Shown here piece after piece: positions 1 through 8,802 of a stretch of 64,000 nucleotides of DNA. Source of the stretch: a bacterium (lineage in GTDB: Bacteria; Bacillota_I; Bacilli_A; Izemoplasmatales; Izemoplasmataceae); contig JAGYML010000001.1 in assembly GCA_018400615.1 (NCBI GenBank), forward strand, positions 7,134-71,133, given 5' to 3'. Numbering within the stretch: the first letter of the stretch is position 1; every line of letters begins with the position of its first letter. The translations under genes and the position numbers were made by a program. The notes beneath the pieces were generated by a model. That model was given only the letters and a program-made list of their open reading frames with translations, was not told the origin of the DNA and did not search any database.

Positions 1-1962
1 GACCCGAAAGTCATCATTGCCGATGAACCTACAGGGAACCTGGACAGTCGCAACACGCTTGAAGTCATGCAAATCATCAAGACCATTTCACAGGAAAAAC
101 TCGTGGTCATGGTCACCCATGAAGAAAGCCTTGCAACCTCTTATGGCGACAAGATAATCCGCATTGTTGATGGGAAAATCAATTCAACCATCGACAATGA
201 AGAAAAAACACGCCACACCAAAACCCATGAAACCGATATTTATCTCAAGGATTTGAAGCATATTCATGAAAGTGAGTCTGTCAATGTCTTCATGGACAGC
301 TCTTCAGACACCCCTCCAAAAGCAAGACTCATCCTTAAAAACAATACACTCTACATCGACGTCGATCACGAAGCTTACAATAAAGTCTACATGATGGACG
401 ACGAAAGCGACGTCAGGATTCACAATGCGTCCAGGGAGGAAGTCTCGAAAACTGAAGAAGAACTTCCAACTTTCAACTATGGCGAACAGTTTCCTACATC
501 CAAAGATGAGGATTTGAAGCAAGTCATCAGTTTCAAACATGCGTTTGAACGCAGTTTTAAATCGATGCGCCGTACCGGAAAATTCATGAAACTTTTGTAC
601 CTTGGATTCTTCTTTGGCGCCACCATATTCGCCCTGGCAGTCGCCATGTTCACAAATGTCTATTTCATCAACGAAGAAGATTTTCTCAATACCCCGAAAT
701 ACACTTTCTATGGCAATGTTGAACAAAGCTACAACGATTTTTATACTTTCGAAGAGTATGATGAAATCAGCCCGTATGCCTCACAATATGATGCAATCAC
801 GAGCTTTTACGTAGGAAGCGAAACCACGAATATTCAACTTGAACTCCCGAAATTCTATCAAACAGGCGGCTCGACCACAGAAAGTGCACACATGGCCCCA
901 CTTTCAAACGTAAGTGAGGGCGATCTCGTGGCTGGTTCCATGCCCAGTGATGAAAAGGGCTTTCTTATTGATTCGAATCTCGCAGATTCCATGCTCAGAA
1001 GTGGGACGCTGCCCAATCTTGGCATCGAAACCTATTCGGATCTTCTGAGTCTGGGGGCACAGGCCTCGGGCAATGGCTATGCGCTGAATATTACTGGTAT
1101 TGTCGAAAGTGAGGCCCCCATTCTTTATGGGGACAAGGCCTTGAAACTCTCGCTTGACAACAGCTCGTTTTTTGCCATTGAATTCATTGAAGACGATATG
1201 AGTGTCATCGCAGGCACCCGTCCTTCAAGTCCAAATGAAGTGATGTTGCCACTCGATAGATTGACTCAGAACTTTATCGATGACCCAAGCACCATCAACA
1301 TGGATGACATTGACGAAGCTTTGATTGAAGGGCGTAATTATGAAATCTCGGGTGTGTACACGCTTGAGGGAACTGAGGACAATACTCAATATGCCGCTAC
1401 AAGTGAAACCATTGAACGCCATATGTTTGAAAAAGGTTCTGTAAAGGCTTATTTCTATGTAGATGACCGCGAAGCGTTTGAAGAAGAAAGAGATCAAAAC
1501 GAAGCGCCGCTTTTCGATATGTATGAACAAAGCTATCAATCAGAATATGACAACCGTCGTATGTCTTCCAGAGGCATCCTTGTCTTCTCAGTCGTCACCC
1601 TCTTATCCACCGCCGCCGCATTCTACTTCATCATTCGCTCATCGATGATGAAACGAATCTATGAAATCGGTGTATACCGTTCACTCGGTGTGAGACGATT
1701 TGACATAGTCAAACTCTTCTTGATAGAAATTCTTCTCATTACCACATTCTCAAGTGTTTTTGGGTTCCTTGCGATGTCTTATGCACTCAATGAAGTCATT
1801 AAAGCATCCGGTGAGCTTGTTGACGTATTCAATGTCAGCACGTTCACCATATTGGGAGGCCTCCTCATTATTTATCTGATCAATGCATTATTTGGTCTTC
1901 TGCCACTTTTCGGTCTCTTGAGAAAAACCCCTGCCCAGATTCAAACCGTGTACGACTTATAA
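1..1962 (+). CDS. ABC transporter, fused ATP-binding domain (only C-terminal part in window) and FtsX-type permease (MacB-like); 5' partial
   Basis: Frame 1 is open from nt 1. It starts inside the Walker B/D-loop 'VIIADEPTGNLD', followed by the H-loop 'VTHE'. Then come TM1 'LLYLGFFFGATIFALAVAMF', a ~330-aa extracytoplasmic domain and a C-terminal 3-TM FtsX-like bundle. Confidence 0.8.
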   Translation, partial: DPKVIIADEPTGNLDSRNTLEVMQIIKTISQEKLVVMVTHEESLATSYGDKIIRIVDGKINSTIDNEEKTRHTKTHETDIYLKDLKHIHESESVNVFMDSSSDTPPKARLILKNNTLYIDVDHEAYNKVYMMDDESDVRIHNASREEVSKTEEELPTFNYGEQFPTSKDEDLKQVISFKHAFERSFKSMRRTGKFMKLLYLGFFFGATIFALAVAMFTNVYFINEEDFLNTPKYTFYGNVEQSYNDFYTFEEYDEISPYASQYDAITSFYVGSETTNIQLELPKFYQTGGSTTESAHMAPLSNVSEGDLVAGSMPSDEKGFLIDSNLADSMLRSGTLPNLGIETYSDLLSLGAQASGNGYALNITGIVESEAPILYGDKALKLSLDNSSFFAIEFIEDDMSVIAGTRPSSPNEVMLPLDRLTQNFIDDPSTINMDDIDEALIEGRNYEISGVYTLEGTEDNTQYAATSETIERHMFEKGSVKAYFYVDDREAFEEERDQNEAPLFDMYEQSYQSEYDNRRMSSRGILVFSVVTLLSTAAAFYFIIRSSMMKRIYEIGVYRSLGVRRFDIVKLFLIEILLITTFSSVFGFLAMSYALNEVIKASGELVDVFNVSTFTILGGLLIIYLINALFGLLPLFGLLRKTPAQIQTVYDL

Positions 1963-1963
1963 T

Positions 1964-1999
1964 AAAAAGAATGCCACAATTTTGTGGCATTACTTTTTT
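1964..1999. terminator. Bidirectional intrinsic terminator between convergent ABC and photolyase genes
   Basis: Stem aatgccaca (1970-1978) / tgtggcatt (1983-1991) with a 4-nt loop. It has a T-run at 1994-1999 and an A-run at 1964-1968. Confidence 0.7.
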
Positions 2000-3351
2000 A
2001 AATAGCGTTTTATGTAAGGATCCATGTCGAATTTTCGCTTGATGCCTCCACTGGTCATGGGTCTTAGTTTACCCAGTAACTTGGTTTCCTGAAACGCTCT
2101 GTCGTGTCGTCCGAAACACCATGCGACCCCTGCGAAGCTGTTGGGGTCCCGTCCATCAATAAAATACAGGTTGTTAAAGTGTTTGATGCGTTTATAGGCT
2201 TCTTCAAATGAGGGGCTCCACTTGATAATCTGCTTGCCCCAATACATTCGCATGTAGTTATGCATATACCCTGTATCGACCATTTCTCTCATGCAGGCAT
2301 TCCAGTAAGTGTCATCCGTCTGTGCGTTTTCAAGTGTTTTCTTTGAATAAAGGACGGTTTTTTCATCGTCTTTATGGACCTCCATGGTTTTATAGGCCCA
2401 TTCCACTGTCATTTTATCAAATGCATCATACCCGTCTTTATGGTAATATACGAAGTTGTAGGCCAGTTCTCTTCTGACAATGAGCTGTTCTAAAAACGCC
2501 TCGCCTGCATCCTTGTCTATTGTGCCCTTGTTCATGCCTTTTTCAATGGTCTTTAGCATGTGCATGGGAGAAAGTTGGGCGAAATGAAGATAAGGGGAGA
2601 GTTCACTGGTAAGGAATTTTCCCGGATCGTTACTGTGGGCATAGTGATTGATTTTTTGTGCAACATAGGCTTCAAACCGTCTCAACGCTTCGCTCTCCCC
2701 TCCGGTGAACCGGTCTGATTTCTTGACGGAGTGATTGATGTCACAGTGTTCAATGATGGTTTCCAAAGACGCATCCAAAATATCCGCGTGAGAGTCACTT
2801 CGGTTCTCTACAGGCTCGCGTTTTAAAAATTCGCTCCGGTTTTCAAGGGCTTTCCAAAGTTTCTTACGGATGGTGCGTGCCGCATATTCGAGTTTGTTTG
2901 AGGCTGTTTCAACCGGGACTGCGAGGTCATTTTCCACTTCAACGACCAATAGGGATTTCGCCTTTTTGACAAGGTGTTGTCTTAGTGCACGCAGCTCTCT
3001 CGTATAGGCTTTGTCCATCACAAGCAAAGCGGCCTTGTTTAAAAAGGGAGGGATGTCTTCTAAGAACCTGCCCAGTACTACAGTAAAATCAATGCCAAGT
3101 TTTTCAAAGTTGTTTTTAAGATCCCTGAGTCCCTCGAGCATGAAATGGTAGTGCCTGTCTGCCCCTTCAGGGAATGTCTTGGAAATCACAAAAAGCACCT
3201 TGAGGGGCTTATCAAGTCGATTGGCTTCATTGATGGCATAGATGAGTGATCCGTTATCATGGATACGCTGAGTATGCTGCATCCAGTATAAGACGTAGGC
3301 CCCGTCTTCATTGATGAACCCTTTGTTTCTAAGCTTTATGCGTTTATCCAT
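1990..3351 (-). CDS. phr: Class II cyclobutane pyrimidine dimer (CPD) photolyase
   Basis: 453 aa. It carries 'VLYWMQHTQRIHDN', 'LSPYLHFAQLSP', 'YMHNYMRMYWGKQIIKW' and 'DGRDPNSFAGVAWCFG', which match archaeal/eukaryote-type class II photolyases nearly colinearly. Confidence 0.9.
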   Translation of the reverse strand: MDKRIKLRNKGFINEDGAYVLYWMQHTQRIHDNGSLIYAINEANRLDKPLKVLFVISKTFPEGADRHYHFMLEGLRDLKNNFEKLGIDFTVVLGRFLEDIPPFLNKAALLVMDKAYTRELRALRQHLVKKAKSLLVVEVENDLAVPVETASNKLEYAARTIRKKLWKALENRSEFLKREPVENRSDSHADILDASLETIIEHCDINHSVKKSDRFTGGESEALRRFEAYVAQKINHYAHSNDPGKFLTSELSPYLHFAQLSPMHMLKTIEKGMNKGTIDKDAGEAFLEQLIVRRELAYNFVYYHKDGYDAFDKMTVEWAYKTMEVHKDDEKTVLYSKKTLENAQTDDTYWNACMREMVDTGYMHNYMRMYWGKQIIKWSPSFEEAYKRIKHFNNLYFIDGRDPNSFAGVAWCFGRHDRAFQETKLLGKLRPMTSGGIKRKFDMDPYIKRYLKK

Positions 3352-3379
3352 ACAATACTCCTAACGAAAAGGTGATAAC

Positions 3380-4573
3380 ATGATTGACCATGTCCATATT
3401 CAAAACTTCATGGCATTTAAAGACGAAACGGTGGTTCTTGGAAACCATACACTCTTCATAGGCCGTCATAGTTCTGGGAAAACGACCCTTCTGAGGGCTC
3501 TTGACCTCTTTTTCAACCATAAAGTCGATTTTGAAGATGTGAGAAACAAGAAAAAAGCCGTCGTCATAGAATGTTCAATTGATGAAAAGACCTATACCAA
3601 AGTCTTTTCACCGCCTTATTATACATTTGAGCCTTCCAAGAGTCAGGGGGCTTTTGAAGACATTATTGACATGCACTATCTTTATCTGCCCGTTAAATCG
3701 TATCCGCTGAGTCATTTTGTCAATCAGTGTTTCGCTCTTAATTATACACCTTCGAAGGGGGATATGGAAACACCGGATTTCTCCAATTTCGACAAGGGGA
3801 CTTACAAGGGCTTGATTGATTACAGTGTTCAACCCTATTATCAGATTACCTTCCCCCAAAACCTCAAAGAGACCAGGAAAAAACATCTCAGAGTGAATTG
3901 GCTTAGAAACCTTGTAAAAGGCAGACTCATATTGGCCGCGGATGAAATTGAGAAAAGCATCAATTTCGATGATTTGAATGATTTGCTCAAACTGAGCGAA
4001 CAGGCTTTACTTGTCTCAAGAAATAAAAGATTCATCAATGCGTTCCCATACCGCGTGCACCCACTTTACAAATCCGATATTGAAAGAGAAATGTCCACCA
4101 TCACCGACCCGCTTCACAAGTCGAGTATTTTTCTTCTTGTGGAAGGTAAATACGATGTCCCGTGGTTTGAAAGTGGGCTCAGACTGCTTGGCAGGGAAAC
4201 CCGCTACCGCGTCATTCCAAGTGGTGGCTCAGGCAACCTCAAATACGTCAACGAGCAATTGAAGAAGGCAGGCTACAAGACTTTGGTTGTCAGTGATGGA
4301 GATGTGTCCGTACCTGGATACAGCCTCAACAAAGATATTATTGAGCTTTATGTCGACGAGAAGTTTCTTAGAAAAACCTTTAATGTCACCTTTAAAAAAC
4401 CTCCCAAAAACAAACATCAGTTCTTTGCGTCAATCAATGAAAAAGATGATATCATAAAGAAAGTATTGTCGCGCTATGCGACCTATCATTTATACTTGCA
4501 CCATCCTTTTGTAAAAGAACTCAAGTCCATTTTGGAAGACTTTGAGAGTCGCAAGGGTTTAAATATCGATTAA
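3380..4573 (+). CDS. OLD-family-like ATPase-Toprim protein (short form)
   Basis: N-terminal 'IQNFMAFKD' plus Walker A GRHSSGKT and a Walker-B-like 'LILAADE'. The C-terminal region is Toprim-like: 'FLLVEGKYD' and DxD in 'VVSDGDVS'. RBS aaaaggtga lies upstream. Confidence 0.55.
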   Translation: MIDHVHIQNFMAFKDETVVLGNHTLFIGRHSSGKTTLLRALDLFFNHKVDFEDVRNKKKAVVIECSIDEKTYTKVFSPPYYTFEPSKSQGAFEDIIDMHYLYLPVKSYPLSHFVNQCFALNYTPSKGDMETPDFSNFDKGTYKGLIDYSVQPYYQITFPQNLKETRKKHLRVNWLRNLVKGRLILAADEIEKSINFDDLNDLLKLSEQALLVSRNKRFINAFPYRVHPLYKSDIEREMSTITDPLHKSSIFLLVEGKYDVPWFESGLRLLGRETRYRVIPSGGSGNLKYVNEQLKKAGYKTLVVSDGDVSVPGYSLNKDIIELYVDEKFLRKTFNVTFKKPPKNKHQFFASINEKDDIIKKVLSRYATYHLYLHHPFVKELKSILEDFESRKGLNID

Positions 4574-4608
4574 AGTCTTTTATAATGTTAAGATAAACGA
4601 GGTGAAGT

Positions 4609-5256
4609 ATGAAAAACTGTCTGATTTGCAATGCGAATACGGTGGCACTCTATGATCGTGAAATCAAAGTCACCCACCATGTATGTGAAAAATGTGGTTT
4701 TACATTCAAAGACGAGGCGGCAGTGAAATCCCCTGAGGAAGAACACGCTTTATATAAAAACCATCAGAATACCATGGAGAATGAAGGTTACGTCGCCATG
4801 TTTGAAAAGTTCCTGGCCGCAACCGTGGATCCTTACGTCAAAGCGGGAAGGGCCCTTGATTTTGGAAGCGGTCCTGGTCCTGTGCTTTATGAATTGCTGA
4901 AAAGAAGAGGGTTTCAAAGCAATCATTATGATCCCTACTTCAATCCGGATCAGTCGATCTTTGAGAAGTCATATGATCTCATAACCTCAACGGAGGTTTT
5001 CGAACATCTAAGCGATCCGCTTAAGGCATTCAAGCGGCTTGCGACCATGCTGAAACCAGGGGGCCACCTGGCCATCATGACGAGCTTGAGACCCAAGGAT
5101 GATGACGCCTTTTTGACATGGTGGTACCGACGCGACCAAACCCATATAGGTTTTTTCACAGAACCCGCATTCACGATTTTAAGCAATGAGGGTGGTTTGC
5201 GCTTTATCTATACGAACCACAAAAACTATTTCTTGTTCAAGAAGGAAAGTGAGTAA
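4609..5256 (+). CDS. Class I SAM-dependent methyltransferase with N-terminal CxxC...CxxC zinc ribbon
   Basis: 'CLICN...CEKCG' zinc ribbon, SAM motif I 'ALDFGSGPGPV', and 'LKPGGHLAI'. RBS gaggtga lies upstream. Confidence 0.75.
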   Translation: MKNCLICNANTVALYDREIKVTHHVCEKCGFTFKDEAAVKSPEEEHALYKNHQNTMENEGYVAMFEKFLAATVDPYVKAGRALDFGSGPGPVLYELLKRRGFQSNHYDPYFNPDQSIFEKSYDLITSTEVFEHLSDPLKAFKRLATMLKPGGHLAIMTSLRPKDDDAFLTWWYRRDQTHIGFFTEPAFTILSNEGGLRFIYTNHKNYFLFKKESE

Positions 5257-5259
5257 TTC

Positions 5260-6174
5260 ATGAGAGTCCATACATACAATGATAAATTAAGAGCCTTTTT
5301 AAAATCCCGTCTTCCAAAAGGGATTGAACTCAGTGAAACCGCAAAAGAAGCAGAAGTGCTTATCACTGGAAGGTTCTCAGAAAAAGACGTTACCAAAAAC
5401 CTGAAAGCCATCATCATACCTTTTACCGGTCACAACGGCATTGATTTGGAAGCATTGAAGGAAAACGACATCATGCTTTTCAATACCACGGCCCACTCCC
5501 ATTTTGTCAGTGAAAAGGCGCTTCAGCTCATCCTCGCGATGCTGGGCAATACGGTTCACTACCATAACAATCTTTTAGGGGGGGACTGGTCTGGGCGAAA
5601 CCTTCCCACAAGAAAAAAATGGGTCTCCCTTTGGAACAAGCACGTGGCCATCTTTGGGTATGGGCGCATTGGGCGAACCCTCAAGAACCTGCTTGAACCC
5701 TTTAACTGCACCGTGCATGTTATTGACAGAGGCAAGGATTATGGAGGCGCCGTAAAGGAAAAAAGCCTTGCAGCCCTCGTTAAAAACACGGACATCACCG
5801 TCATTGCCGCGCCCCTTACAAGTGAAACGGAAAACGCCTTTAACGGACCCATTCTGGATCTCTTGAAAGGGAAATATCTGGTTAATGTAGGCCGGGGTAA
5901 AATCATAGATGAAAAAGCCCTTTATGATTCACTGCAAAGTGGGGTCATTGAAGGCTTTGCGAGTGATGTATGGTTTCAATATCCAAAAGAAAACGAAGCG
6001 CTTGCGCCTTCAAAGTACCCGATACACACATTTGATAACGTTCTTTTGTCCCCTCATACGGGTGGCTTCACCACGGAAGCCGAAGCACGCATGCATGAAT
6101 CCATTCTAGAAAAACTGATTGCCATTGAAAAAGGCGACACAGCATCAAAACTTGATCCCAGCACATTGAAGTGA
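5260..6174 (+). CDS. D-isomer-specific 2-hydroxyacid dehydrogenase family, NAD-binding
   Basis: 'VAIFGYGRIGRTL' Rossmann motif, plus 'NVGRGKIIDE', 'ASDVW' and 'LSPHTGG' (catalytic R/E/H pattern). It starts 3 nt after the upstream stop. Confidence 0.85.
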   Translation: MRVHTYNDKLRAFLKSRLPKGIELSETAKEAEVLITGRFSEKDVTKNLKAIIIPFTGHNGIDLEALKENDIMLFNTTAHSHFVSEKALQLILAMLGNTVHYHNNLLGGDWSGRNLPTRKKWVSLWNKHVAIFGYGRIGRTLKNLLEPFNCTVHVIDRGKDYGGAVKEKSLAALVKNTDITVIAAPLTSETENAFNGPILDLLKGKYLVNVGRGKIIDEKALYDSLQSGVIEGFASDVWFQYPKENEALAPSKYPIHTFDNVLLSPHTGGFTTEAEARMHESILEKLIAIEKGDTASKLDPSTLK

Positions 6175-6183
6175 GGCGTTCAC

Positions 6184-7272
6184 ATGAAGAAAATCTATGA
6201 TGAAAGACATATTATGTTCTCAAGAGCCCGTCTTGTAAAAGGCAGTGAGCGTTACGTCACGTTTTACAAGGCCCATCCTGAATACAAAAAAGGCGACGAT
6301 GAAATAAGGGGGATGGCATTTCCTGAAAATCTCCGAAAAAGTGACATGTTCAAACGGAAGTTCTTTCCTGTATTTTCCAATAACGATGCCTACATGAAAA
6401 CCATGTATGATTTTCTTGATAGCCTCAAAAAGCCCGAGACTCCAATTGAAGTGCCTGAGACATTCAATACAAACATCAAGGGCATCGCCAAACAATACGG
6501 TGCCAAAGAAGTGGGAATTGTCAAACTTGAAACACTGCATTATTACGACACACACGGGGGTGTAAGCGAACCACTTGGCGACCTTTATGGAAAAAAAGTG
6601 GACAAGCATTATACCCACGCCATTGTCTTTTTCAAACCCATGCGTCTTGATTCCATCAACCGCTCACCGCATTTTGAAGAGCTCCTTGAAACCGAAAGTG
6701 TGTATCTTGATGTGGCTTTTATCGGCAGCCGTTTGGCAGCCTATGTAAAATCACTTGGGTATGACGCCACTTTTGCAAGTGAGATATTCTCACCTGCGCC
6801 CTTGGTGCCGCTTGCCTTTGATGGGGGTTTGGGACAGATTGGTATGACCAATCACATCGTCAATCAGACCTATGGGGATAGAATCCGCCTGGGAGCCGTG
6901 TTCACTACCCTGCCTTTAAAGCCGGATCAGCCCGTTGATTTCGGACTTGATGCCTTTTGCAAAAGATGCAGTCTCTGCCTCATGAACTGTCCGAATCAAT
7001 CCATCAAACCTTATAAGCGCAATGTAAACGGACGCGAATTTTACAAGTTTGATGATCAATCCTGTTTCAGGTTATGGAAAAACATGGGAACGGATTGTGG
7101 TGTTTGTATTCAAAGTTGTCCTTACACCCAGGGCATAGACCTTGAGACACAAAACTGGATGAAAAATGACCCTGAAAGAATTGATGCGTTCATCAAGGAC
7201 TATTTGAAAGACAAAAAAGGTCGGCGTGTATCCATCAAGACGCCCCTGGATAGTGTAAAGGGAGAGGATTAG
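6184..7272 (+). CDS. Reductive-dehalogenase / epoxyqueuosine-reductase-like 2x[4Fe-4S] protein, cytoplasmic (no TAT signal)
   Basis: C-terminal 'CKRCSLCLMNCP' and 'CGVCIQSCPY' ferredoxin-type motifs follow an RdhA/QueG-like core. There is no signal peptide. Confidence 0.6.
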   Translation: MKKIYDERHIMFSRARLVKGSERYVTFYKAHPEYKKGDDEIRGMAFPENLRKSDMFKRKFFPVFSNNDAYMKTMYDFLDSLKKPETPIEVPETFNTNIKGIAKQYGAKEVGIVKLETLHYYDTHGGVSEPLGDLYGKKVDKHYTHAIVFFKPMRLDSINRSPHFEELLETESVYLDVAFIGSRLAAYVKSLGYDATFASEIFSPAPLVPLAFDGGLGQIGMTNHIVNQTYGDRIRLGAVFTTLPLKPDQPVDFGLDAFCKRCSLCLMNCPNQSIKPYKRNVNGREFYKFDDQSCFRLWKNMGTDCGVCIQSCPYTQGIDLETQNWMKNDPERIDAFIKDYLKDKKGRRVSIKTPLDSVKGED

Positions 7273-7506
7273 ATGTTGCTGGATGTAGATGTACACGGTA
7301 TGATGGTCGAAGAGGCCATCGCCCACATACAAAAAGTTATAAAAAAAGCGGGTAAGGATGTTGAAGGCCTTCGCATCATCCATGGTTATAGAAGTGGTAA
7401 TGCACTGAAAAAGGCTGTACAAGACCCCAATAAAATTCGATCAAAACGCATTGTCAGAAGACGCTATACCATGAACCAGGGCGAAACCATTCTGGAGATT
7501 GAGTAA
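7273..7506 (+). CDS. Stand-alone Smr (small MutS-related) domain protein
   Basis: 'LDVDVHGMMVEEAIAHI...GLRIIHGYRSG...' matches the Smr consensus (DLHG...EA...IIHGkG). The ATG directly abuts the upstream TAG. Confidence 0.8.
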   Translation: MLLDVDVHGMMVEEAIAHIQKVIKKAGKDVEGLRIIHGYRSGNALKKAVQDPNKIRSKRIVRRRYTMNQGETILEIE

Positions 7507-7814
7507 TGTTTAAAGACACACTGGTGCGGTGGGTTTTGATTATTGGTCTTTTTGTCAGTGCAGTATTTTATCTGCTTGGGGTCCTACTGGAAACAGGCAG
7601 AGTGTTTTTCATTGTTTTTGGATTTGTGGTTTTCATGGTTACGGCTTTGAGTGCGCAAACGCTTTATACATGGCGTAAGTTCATAAATGAAGAGAAAGCC
7701 CACCAGGCTTCCATGAAACCCTGTGAACAATGTGGAAAGCCCATTTACAAGGATGATGCCATATGCCCTTATTGCAATGCGACACAAAAACAAGTAGAAG
7801 ATGACGAAAATTAG
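7506..7814 (+). CDS. Two-TM membrane protein with C-terminal zinc ribbon
   Basis: Two hydrophobic helices are followed by 'CEQCGKPI...CPYCN'. The start overlaps the Smr stop (TAATG). Confidence 0.6.
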   Translation: MFKDTLVRWVLIIGLFVSAVFYLLGVLLETGRVFFIVFGFVVFMVTALSAQTLYTWRKFINEEKAHQASMKPCEQCGKPIYKDDAICPYCNATQKQVEDDEN

Positions 7815-7835
7815 GTGTTCAGGCACCTTTTTTTA
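7813..7835 (+). terminator. Putative intrinsic terminator ending the 3380-7814 gene string
   Basis: Short stem aggtg (7813-7817) / cacct (7824-7828) followed by a 7-T run. The stem is weak. Confidence 0.5.
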
Positions 7836-7909
7836 TTGACAAGAAACCGTTTTATTGTTACGCTTTTAAGTATAAAGTTTGAATATCAAAATAAAGCTGG
7901 AGGTTAAGT

Positions 7910-8770
7910 ATGGAAAAGAAAATCGGATTTGTCGTATGTGGCAATTCAGGCATTGATTACATTGACCATCCCTATGATATCAGGGTGCTTAGAAGCATGC
8001 TGTTGTTTGGAGAAAACGAGTATGAAGATTATGTGGATATAGATGCGGATACCTTTTACAGACAATTGAGTGAATTTCCAAACGTGCCCCTGTCTACGGC
8101 TCAAACAGCCACGGGTGTGATGATGGAAACCTTTGAAAGTTTAAAGAATGACGGCTATACCGATATTATCGTGGTGACGATTTCCTCACAATTAAGCGGC
8201 ACCTACGAAGGGGCGCATATGGCTGCGAACATGGTCGAGGATGTCGACGTTCATGTTTTTGATTCTCTCAGTGTGGGGTATGCTGAAAGCTATATGATTT
8301 TACAGGCCGCAAAAATGGCCAAAGAAGGCGCAAATATTCCTGATATTCTTGATAGACTCGCATCAATCAGAGACAACCAGGGAATTTTGATTTCCGTAGA
8401 TACTTTGAAATTCCTCGTCAAGAACGGTCGCTTATCAGGAGCGAGTGGGCTGATTGGCAGCATGCTAAAGATCAAACCACTTTTGCATCTCTCACATGAT
8501 GGAAGAGTAGAAGCAATTGAGAAAATACGCACCAGAAAAAAAGCGTTGAACAGACTGGTTGAAAAGTTCTTGGAAGATCACCAGGAGGAAAACATCGAAG
8601 TCTTCTTGCTGCATGCGAATGCAAGGGAGACGGCTGAAGAAACAAGAGACAGATTGCAGGCTAAAAGAGACGATCTCAAGCAGATTGACATTCACCCGTT
8701 GACGCCGGTCGTAGGAGCCCACGCAGGCCCAGGGGCGCTTGGGATAGGTTGGATTATAAAAAAGTGGTAA
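7910..8770 (+). CDS. DegV family fatty-acid-binding protein (FakB-like), paralog 1
   Basis: 'TISSQLSGTY', 'LVKNGRLSGASGLIGSMLKIKPLL' and 'GAHAGPGALG'. RBS ggaggt lies upstream. Confidence 0.9.
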   Translation: MEKKIGFVVCGNSGIDYIDHPYDIRVLRSMLLFGENEYEDYVDIDADTFYRQLSEFPNVPLSTAQTATGVMMETFESLKNDGYTDIIVVTISSQLSGTYEGAHMAANMVEDVDVHVFDSLSVGYAESYMILQAAKMAKEGANIPDILDRLASIRDNQGILISVDTLKFLVKNGRLSGASGLIGSMLKIKPLLHLSHDGRVEAIEKIRTRKKALNRLVEKFLEDHQEENIEVFLLHANARETAEETRDRLQAKRDDLKQIDIHPLTPVVGAHAGPGALGIGWIIKKW

Positions 8771-8802
8771 AATGACCCGATTATTTGATATAATGGGGTG
8801 TA

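Noticed and set aside
7813-7835. Similarity between two terminator hairpins (gtgttcaggcacc at 7815-7827 and gtgctcaggcacc at 28522-28534), considered as a dispersed repeat family
   Set aside because: There are only two short copies, and both are fully explained as intrinsic terminators. There is no extended flanking similarity.
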